From Clostridia bacterium (lineage in GTDB: Bacteria; Bacillota; Clostridia; Christensenellales; Borkfalkiaceae): 64,000 nucleotides of DNA. The stretch covers positions 2,417 to 66,416 of the forward strand of contig JAFQMD010000035.1 of the NCBI GenBank assembly GCA_017396365.1. Reading direction: 5' to 3'. Below, piece by piece: positions 57,610-64,000 of the stretch (position 1 is its first letter; every line of letters begins with the position of its first letter). Under the pieces are notes generated by a model. The model was not told where the DNA came from. It did no database searches and worked only from the letters and a program-made list of their open reading frames with translations. The position numbers and the translations under genes were made by a program.

Positions 57610-58877
57610 TTGATATCGTTAAATTATTAAAAGAAAATAAGGATATAACCGACTATAAAGTAAATATGACTGCCGTTTCTTCGTACGAAACTTTTTTCGT
57701 TCGTGGAAAACTTGAAACTGTCAGAGCGACCGACGTTGAAGACGCTACCGTTACCGTTTACGTGGATGGCGACGGGGTTAAAGGCGATTCGTCTTTTTCG
57801 GTTTATTCGTCAATGACCGAAGAAGAAGTTTCGGCAAAAATCGCATCTGCTTATCAAAGGGCAAAACTCGTTAAAAATCAAACGTACGATTTGCCGAGAG
57901 GAGATTTTCTCTCCGTGGAAATTCCGTCAAACTTTGAGGAGTACGAACTCCCCGTTTTAGCCGATAAAATTGCAAAGGCGGTTGAAAAAGCCGAATGCTT
58001 TGAAAACGGTTCGATAAACGCTCTTGAGATTTTTATCTATAAAGAAAAAATTTCGGTTGTAAACAGTAGGGGAATTGACAAGACGCAAACGCGTTATAGA
58101 GCAATGATAGAGGCTATACCAACGTGGACGGAAAACGGCGAGTCTGTCGAACTTTACGAGGCTTACCATTTTACTAATTTTGACGCCGAACAAATAACCC
58201 AAGAAATCGACGAAAAAATGAGAGAAGTTAGGGATAGGCAAATTGCTAAAAAACTCTCTCCGCAAAAAATTGACGTAGTTCTTCCTGCGAGAGAAGTTTC
58301 TCGACTTATGGGTGAAATTTGCGACAGTTTAGATTTTGTTGCGGTGTATTCTCACGCAAACGTTTTTAAAAAGGGCGATAAAGTTCAAAAACAAAGAACG
58401 GGCGATAAAATTGACCTTACTATGCGCCACGAAGTTAAAGGCAGTAGATTTTCGGCGATTTTCGACGGCGACGGCGTAACGCTTAAAGATAAAAAAATTA
58501 TAGAAGACGGGGTTGCCGTTGCGTATTACGGCTCGCATAGATTCGGTTCGTATTTGGGCGAAGATATTACGGGTAATTTGTCTTGTATCGGGCTTGAAAA
58601 AGGCACGCTTACAGAAGATGAAATTGCTAAAAAACCCTACGTGCAATGCGTTTCACTCTCTGGTCTTCAACTCGACCTTTACAACGATTATATAGGCGGA
58701 GAAATTCGCCTTGCGTATCTTGTTGACGGGGGCGAAAAAACTCCTATCACGGGAATATCAATGAGTGGTAAATTATCCGAAGTTTTAAACGCAATTCGCC
58801 TTAGCGAAAACGTAGTTGCAAAGGATAATTACGAAGGTCCTTGCAAAGCGCTTTTAAAGGATATGGAAATAATTTAA
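57606..58877 (+). CDS. pmbA: PmbA/TldE-family partner protein
   Basis: Same fold family without HExxxH. ATGA overlap with tldD. Confidence 0.7.
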   Translation: MIDIVKLLKENKDITDYKVNMTAVSSYETFFVRGKLETVRATDVEDATVTVYVDGDGVKGDSSFSVYSSMTEEEVSAKIASAYQRAKLVKNQTYDLPRGDFLSVEIPSNFEEYELPVLADKIAKAVEKAECFENGSINALEIFIYKEKISVVNSRGIDKTQTRYRAMIEAIPTWTENGESVELYEAYHFTNFDAEQITQEIDEKMREVRDRQIAKKLSPQKIDVVLPAREVSRLMGEICDSLDFVAVYSHANVFKKGDKVQKQRTGDKIDLTMRHEVKGSRFSAIFDGDGVTLKDKKIIEDGVAVAYYGSHRFGSYLGEDITGNLSCIGLEKGTLTEDEIAKKPYVQCVSLSGLQLDLYNDYIGGEIRLAYLVDGGEKTPITGISMSGKLSEVLNAIRLSENVVAKDNYEGPCKALLKDMEII

Positions 58878-58890
58878 GTATGCAAAATTT

Positions 58891-58934
58891 GACGGCGGAG
58901 TTTTTTTGAAAAACCAAAACTCCGCCGTCTTTTT
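58891..58934 (+). terminator. Rho-independent terminator
   Basis: GACGGCGGAGTTTT / AAAACTCCGCCGTC stem followed by T5. Confidence 0.8.
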
Positions 58935-59034
58935 ACGTTATTTTTTTAAAAGGTATTGCAATGTCTAAAAAGACGTAGTATAATGATAAGTGAGAAATAT
59001 TACAAGAGAATTCTATTCTCTTAAAGGAGTAAAG

Positions 59035-60441
59035 ATGAGAAAGATTTTTAGTTCTTTGTTTGCAATAGTTATTTGTGCTATATTGTCCTTGTCAGTTTTG
59101 GCGTGTAATCCAAATGACCCTTCTAAAGAAGACCCACAACCAAAACCAGAACCTATCGTTGCGGTTGACGGCGTAAACGTTCAAAACGTCATTGATGCCT
59201 TTGGCCCAATTAACCAAAGTGAATATTTAACCGTTAACGTTGAATTTGGCATGGAAAGTGGAGAAGAAATAGTTTATGGCGACTGTGAAAGCGACGCTTA
59301 TAGTGAATTAACGCTTTTATCTGCCGAAATCAAAATTAAAAAGACGAATAGAGGTTATGATTTCATTGCAACAGTCGTTGACGCGTCAATGGATACCTAC
59401 GACCTTATAAATAATGATAGGTGCGTTGTTTTATACTACGTAGACGGTCAAATGGTCGTTGCGTACAAAGTGGCAGACGAGGTAATTTCTGTTGAAAGTG
59501 ATGAAACGTCAAAGACCTTTAACGCAATGATTAACCAATTAAATAAAGAAATTGCCCAGAACCCTGAAATGCGCAAAATTTATGAAAAGGTGCTTGTGAT
59601 GTCTGAAGAAATTAAGTCGTTATTCAGTCAAGGCGTTTTTGCAAATTTAAACGAAACGCTTGATATCGACCTTAAAGAAACTGTAAACAATGCACTTGCA
59701 TATTTAAAGGCGAATAACGAAAAAACTTTGTACGAGATAGTTGTTACAGCGTTTGACATAACACAAACTGAAGAAGAAATTGAAGAAATAATTTTATCGA
59801 CTGTAGAAGAATTTTGTGCCGATAACCCAACATTAATTGAACTTATCGACAGAATAGTTGAAGTTATAAACCAAGACCTTGGCACAGATGAACAAATTGA
59901 CCTTCGTGAAATATGTAATTTTATAGAGGAAAGCGGTTTAAGTACAACTGTATTTTGCGAATTAGTGAATTATCTTGCAGGCGACGAAATTTTGATTATT
60001 CCGCAAGTTAGCGTTTCCTTATACGACTACTTAACAAGTTTAATTGATGGCATAAGAGTAAACGACGTTGCGCAAATGATTCTTGGTACAAATGGCAATA
60101 CTGTTACAGAATTAGTTGCATATATTTTAGAAACCGCAAAGCAAACTACAGTTGGCGACGTTGTATATAGTATAATTGGTATGGATTTTTCAACGTTGGC
60201 AATTACGTTTGAAGATTTATATACAAACGCTACTTTAAAGACGGATAGTAGTAGCAGGCTTACTAATTTTTCTGCGGAATACAACGTAACGTACACTCTT
60301 TTAGATGAGTACGAGGGTTCACTCGGTTTGTATGATAGGGCTTGCCTTGCAGTTGAAATTTCTTACAAAAAGTTTGATACTGAAATGGTTATTCCGGAAG
60401 AACTCATTGATATGTTAGAAGTACAATCTAAAGACGAATAA
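59035..60441 (+). CDS. Acidic lipoprotein, function unknown
   Basis: Start moved to MRKIFSS (AAAGGAG RBS). Lipobox LSVLAC. Confidence 0.6.
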   Translation: MRKIFSSLFAIVICAILSLSVLACNPNDPSKEDPQPKPEPIVAVDGVNVQNVIDAFGPINQSEYLTVNVEFGMESGEEIVYGDCESDAYSELTLLSAEIKIKKTNRGYDFIATVVDASMDTYDLINNDRCVVLYYVDGQMVVAYKVADEVISVESDETSKTFNAMINQLNKEIAQNPEMRKIYEKVLVMSEEIKSLFSQGVFANLNETLDIDLKETVNNALAYLKANNEKTLYEIVVTAFDITQTEEEIEEIILSTVEEFCADNPTLIELIDRIVEVINQDLGTDEQIDLREICNFIEESGLSTTVFCELVNYLAGDEILIIPQVSVSLYDYLTSLIDGIRVNDVAQMILGTNGNTVTELVAYILETAKQTTVGDVVYSIIGMDFSTLAITFEDLYTNATLKTDSSSRLTNFSAEYNVTYTLLDEYEGSLGLYDRACLAVEISYKKFDTEMVIPEELIDMLEVQSKDE

Positions 60442-60470
60442 TAAATTTATTCAATGAAGATAAAGACAAG

Positions 60471-60507
60471 GCGCGTTGCTTTTCGCTTGAAAAGCAACGC
60501 GCTTTTT
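60471..60507 (+). terminator. Rho-independent terminator
   Basis: GCGCGTTGCTTTT / AAAAGCAACGCGC stem followed by T5. Confidence 0.85.
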
Positions 60508-60601
60508 ACACTATAATAACGTAAAATATAAATAAAAACAAAATTCTCTAATAAATTTTAAAAAATAATGATTAAATCCTAATATAACCTGTCAAAAATG
60601 G

Positions 60602-60630
60602 TTGACGAAGGGTTTTAAAAATGTTAAAAT
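60602..60630 (+). promoter_or_regulatory. str-operon promoter
   Basis: TTGACG, then a 17-nt spacer, then TGtTAAAAT. Confidence 0.65.
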
Positions 60631-60761
60631 AGCATAGAAAATGGTATCACTATGTAAGGGGGAATTATGCCCTTTTGGTGAAAACCGATTTTTTAAAACG
60701 CTTTCTTTAAACGGGTTAGGGTCCGTTTTCAGAATATTCCACTATTATAAGGAGGTAAAAA

Positions 60762-61133
60762 ATGCCAACCATTAACCAGCTCATTAAGCAGGGAAGAGTT
60801 ACGGCAAAGGAAAAGAGCAAAGCTCCGATTATGAACAGTTGCCCACAAAAACGTGGCGTATGTCTTTCGGTTACTACTACTTCTCCTAAAAAGCCTAACT
60901 CAGCTTTACGTAAGATTGCGAGAGTACGTCTTACCAACAAGCAAGAAGGTACTGTGTATATCCCAGGTGAAGGTCACAACCTTCAAGAGCACAGTTCAGT
61001 TCTCATTCGTGGCGGAAGAGTTAGAGATTTGCCCGGTGTTAGATATCACATCATCCGTGGCGCGCTCGATACTGCAGGCGTAGCGAAGAGAAAGCAAGCA
61101 AGAAGCAAATACGGCGCAAAGCGTCCTAAATAA
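60762..61133 (+). CDS. rpsL: 30S ribosomal protein S12
   Basis: [12 protein letters not shown] ... [10 protein letters not shown]. Confidence 0.98.
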   Translation: MPTINQLIKQGRVTAKEKSKAPIMNSCPQKRGVCLSVTTTSPKKPNSALRKIARVRLTNKQEGTVYIPGEGHNLQEHSSVLIRGGRVRDLPGVRYHIIRGALDTAGVAKRKQARSKYGAKRPK

Positions 61134-61324
61134 TTAGTGTAATTGCTTTTTGAAAGTTTATTTACTCAACATTCCTACTTATGGCGGAAATTCTGAGACG
61201 CCCGAAAAGTAGGCAGTACGACAGTTTGACTGTCGGAAGGTTCGCTCCCGTGGCGATGGTTTAAGAGCGATAGCTGTACACGGGTTTTAAAACCCTATCA
61301 AAAATTTAAAGGAGGACATATAAA

Positions 61325-61795
61325 ATGCCAAGAAGAGGTAACGTTCCTAAAAGAGACGTTTTGCCCGATCCTATTTACGGCAACAAAGTACTTACTAAAC
61401 TTATCAACCAAGTAATGCTTGACGGTAAAAAGGGAACGGCGCAAACCATCGTTTACGACGCTTTGGCAAAAGCACAAGAAAAGCTCGGCGTTGAACCGAT
61501 GGATATATTTAATCAGGCTATGAACAACGTAATGCCACTTCTCGAAGTTAAAGCGAGAAGAGTAGGTGGTTCAAACTATCAGGTTCCTATCGAAATCAGA
61601 CCTGAAAGAAGACAAACTCTTGCAATTCGTTGGATAGTAGCAAGCGCAAGAAAGAGAAGTGATAGAGAGATGAGCGGTAAGCTTGCAAGCGAGCTCATGG
61701 ATGCATACAACAATACTGGCGGCGCTGTTAAGAAGAAGGAAGACACGCATAGAATGGCTGAAGCAAATAAAGCATTTGCTCACTATCGTTGGTAA
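61325..61795 (+). CDS. rpsG: 30S ribosomal protein S7
   Basis: MPRRG ... PDPIYGN ... AFAHYRW. Confidence 0.98.
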   Translation: MPRRGNVPKRDVLPDPIYGNKVLTKLINQVMLDGKKGTAQTIVYDALAKAQEKLGVEPMDIFNQAMNNVMPLLEVKARRVGGSNYQVPIEIRPERRQTLAIRWIVASARKRSDREMSGKLASELMDAYNNTGGAVKKKEDTHRMAEANKAFAHYRW

Positions 61796-61807
61796 TAGGA
61801 GAAAGTT

Positions 61808-63895
61808 ATGCCAAGACAATATGACTTACAACATACCAGAAACATCGGAATTATGGCGCATATCGACGCAGGTAAGACGACTACCACGGAAAGAATTTTA
61901 TTCTATACTGGTAAGACTCATAAACTCGGCGAAACGCACGAAGGTTCCGCAACTATGGACTGGATGGAACAAGAAAAGGAAAGGGGTATTACCATTTGTT
62001 CTGCTGCAACCACTTGTATTTGGAAAGGCAACAGAATTAACATTATAGATACTCCCGGACACGTTGACTTTACCGTAGAAGTTGAAAGATCTTTGAGAGT
62101 TTTAGACGGCGCGGTTGCAACGTTCTGCGCGAAGGGTGGTGTTGAACCTCAATCTGAAACCGTCTGGAGACAGGCTGATAAGTATCGCGTTCCACGTATC
62201 GCATACGTAAACAAGATGGATATCAACGGCGCTAACTTTGATAACGCTATCAACATGATGAAGGAAAGACTTAAGACTAATGCAATGCCTATTTGTCTTC
62301 CTATCGGTAAAGAAGATACCTTCTGCGGTATTATCGACCTTGTTGAAAACAACGCTATCATTTATCACGACGACCTTGGTAAAGATTTCACGGTTGGTGA
62401 AATTCCTGCTGAATACAAAGAGTCTGCTGAACTTGCAAGAATGAATCTTATGGAAGTTTGCGCAGAGCAGGACGAAGAATTAACTATGAAATTCCTCGAA
62501 GGTGAAGAACTCACTATCGACGAATTAAAATACGCTATTAGAAAGGCAACTATTGCAATGGCAATAACTCCCGTACTTTGCGGATCAAGTTATAAAAACA
62601 GAGGTGTTCAACACCTTCTCGACGCAATCGTTGACTATCTTCCAAGCCCAATCGACGTTGACCACGTTAGAGGCGTAAACCCAGACACCGACGTTGAAGA
62701 AGAAAGAAAGACTTCTGACGAAGAACCGTTTGCAGGTCTTGCATTCAAGATGGTAGCAGACCCATTCGTTGGAAAACTTGCTTACTTTAGAGCATATTCG
62801 GGTACTTTATCTTCGGGTTCTTACGTTTATAACTCAACTAAGGGCAAAAAAGAAAGAGTTGGTCGTATTCTTATGATGCACGCAAACCACAGAGAAGAAA
62901 TCGAAGAGATTTATTCTGGTGATATTTGCGCTATCGTAGGTCTTAAAGATACCACTACCGGTGATACTCTTTGCGTACAAGATCACCCGATTATATTAGA
63001 AAAGATGGAATTCCCAGAGCCGGTTATTCAAGTTGCAATCGAGCCTAAGACTAAGGCTGGTCAAGAAAAGATGACTCTTGCGCTTTTAAAACTTGCTGAA
63101 GAAGACCCAACTTTCAAATTCTATACCGATAAAGAAACTGGACAAACTATTATCGCAGGTATGGGTGAACTTCACCTTGAAATTATCGTTGACAGACTTC
63201 TTCGTGAATTCAAGGTAGAGGCAACCGTTGGTAGACCTCAAGTTTCTTACAAAGAAACGTTTAGAAAGACCGTTGACGCAGAAGGTATGTACAAGCGTCA
63301 ATCAGGTGGTAAAGGTCAATACGGTCACTGTAAAGTTACTTTCGAACCTTTGGAACCGGGTTCAGGTTTCGTATTTGAAGACGTAACCGTAGGCGGATCT
63401 ATTCCAAAAGAATATATCGAACCTATTAGAAAGGGTATTGAAGAAGCGTCTAAGAACGGTTTCTTAGCAGGATATGAAATGGTTGACTTTAAAGCAACCG
63501 TAAGAGACGGTTCTTACCACGAAGTTGACTCTTCTGAAATGGCGTTCAAGATTGCAGGTTCTCTTGCATTCAAAGACGGTATGAAGAAGGCTAACCCCGT
63601 ACTTTTAGAGCCTATCATGAAAGTAGAAATCGTAACGCCTGAAGATTATTTCGGCGACCTTATGGGTAACGTATCTTCTCGTCGTGGTACTATCCTTGGA
63701 ACTGAAGATAGAAACGGTTCAAAGGTTATTGACTCTTACATTCCACTTTCTGAAATGTTCGGTTACGCTACTGAACTTCGTTCAAGAACTCAAGGTCGTG
63801 GTCAATTCACTATGCAGTTCGATCACTTCGACGAATGTCCTAAGTCAATTTCTGAAAAAATTATCGGACAACGCGCAGTTAAAAACGACGACTAA
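61808..63895 (+). CDS. fusA: Elongation factor G
   Basis: [12 protein letters not shown] and DTPGHVDF motifs, 695 aa. Confidence 0.98.
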   Translation: MPRQYDLQHTRNIGIMAHIDAGKTTTTERILFYTGKTHKLGETHEGSATMDWMEQEKERGITICSAATTCIWKGNRINIIDTPGHVDFTVEVERSLRVLDGAVATFCAKGGVEPQSETVWRQADKYRVPRIAYVNKMDINGANFDNAINMMKERLKTNAMPICLPIGKEDTFCGIIDLVENNAIIYHDDLGKDFTVGEIPAEYKESAELARMNLMEVCAEQDEELTMKFLEGEELTIDELKYAIRKATIAMAITPVLCGSSYKNRGVQHLLDAIVDYLPSPIDVDHVRGVNPDTDVEEERKTSDEEPFAGLAFKMVADPFVGKLAYFRAYSGTLSSGSYVYNSTKGKKERVGRILMMHANHREEIEEIYSGDICAIVGLKDTTTGDTLCVQDHPIILEKMEFPEPVIQVAIEPKTKAGQEKMTLALLKLAEEDPTFKFYTDKETGQTIIAGMGELHLEIIVDRLLREFKVEATVGRPQVSYKETFRKTVDAEGMYKRQSGGKGQYGHCKVTFEPLEPGSGFVFEDVTVGGSIPKEYIEPIRKGIEEASKNGFLAGYEMVDFKATVRDGSYHEVDSSEMAFKIAGSLAFKDGMKKANPVLLEPIMKVEIVTPEDYFGDLMGNVSSRRGTILGTEDRNGSKVIDSYIPLSEMFGYATELRSRTQGRGQFTMQFDHFDECPKSISEKIIGQRAVKNDD

Positions 63896-63946
63896 TATCG
63901 CCTAAATAGGCAAAAGTAAGGCAATAAGCCGATTATTAGGTTATTT

Positions 63947-63981
63947 TACCGCCGTTTCTTTCACGGCGACGGCGGTATTTT
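63947..63981 (+). terminator. Hairpin with T-run after fusA
   Basis: TACCGCCGT / ACGGCGGTA stem followed by TTTT. Confidence 0.6.
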
Positions 63982-64000
63982 AATACAAAAACAAATAAAA

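Noticed and set aside
60716-62048. ORFs 60716-60940 (-), 60853-61083 (+) and 61683-62048 (+)
   Set aside because: They overlap rpsL, rpsG and fusA in other frames, and the ribosomal genes are unambiguous.
1-64000. Prophage, integrative element, toxin-antitoxin, restriction-modification or other known defence islands
   Set aside because: I saw no integrase, transposase, recombinase, nuclease/helicase defence signatures or flanking tRNA. Gene content is overwhelmingly housekeeping.

Overview
This is a 64-kb chromosomal segment that looks like a low-GC, spore-forming Firmicute (Clostridia-like). All calls come from reading motifs by eye, with no database search.

Layout:
- **Left third:** spoIVFA/spoIVFB-like genes, an acetyltransferase, and a minus-strand XRE-cupin regulator with potABCD. 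Then a PdaB-like deacetylase, an SSB-like tandem OB-fold protein, pncB, lspA and rluD. Then a tight operon of DUF4116-repeat protein, DUF2201/VWA protein, MoxR-like AAA+ ATPase, a heterodimeric ABC exporter and a PHP phosphoesterase.
- **Middle (about 21.5-49.7 kb):** a same-strand nucleotide-biosynthesis supercluster. It runs from a PRT-fold protein through pyrC-carB-pyrK-pyrD-pyrF-pyrE-pyrB(I). A ZTP riboswitch then precedes purE-C-F-M-N, a purO-like gene and purH, followed by glyA-purD-purL, fhs, guaB and guaA.
- **Right:** an SGNH hydrolase, a YgjV-like protein, a large hypothetical protein, a ferritin-like protein, a CNNM/CorC transporter, tldD/pmbA, a lipoprotein, and the start of the str operon (rpsL-rpsG-fusA).

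No rRNA, tRNA, CRISPR array, transposase or integrase was seen.

Main observations:
1. A family of 124-127-nt long-hairpin repeats has five full copies and four decayed copies. All are on the + strand and all lie in four spacers of the pyr/pur clusters. Their helices show many compensatory base-pair changes.
2. Three of these copies fill the roughly 400-nt leader between the ZTP riboswitch terminator and purE.
3. A PRT-fold protein with a degenerate PRPP loop sits directly upstream of a tandem pair of the elements.
4. Glutaminase modules are missing at three steps: no carA next to carB, PurF lacks its Cys1 nucleophile, and GuaA has only the ATP-pyrophosphatase half.
5. PyrB is fused to only the zinc domain of PyrI.
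6. The DUF4116/VWA/MoxR/ABC operon is an arrangement I do not recognise.
7. The rpsL-rpsG spacer is unusually long and appears structured.
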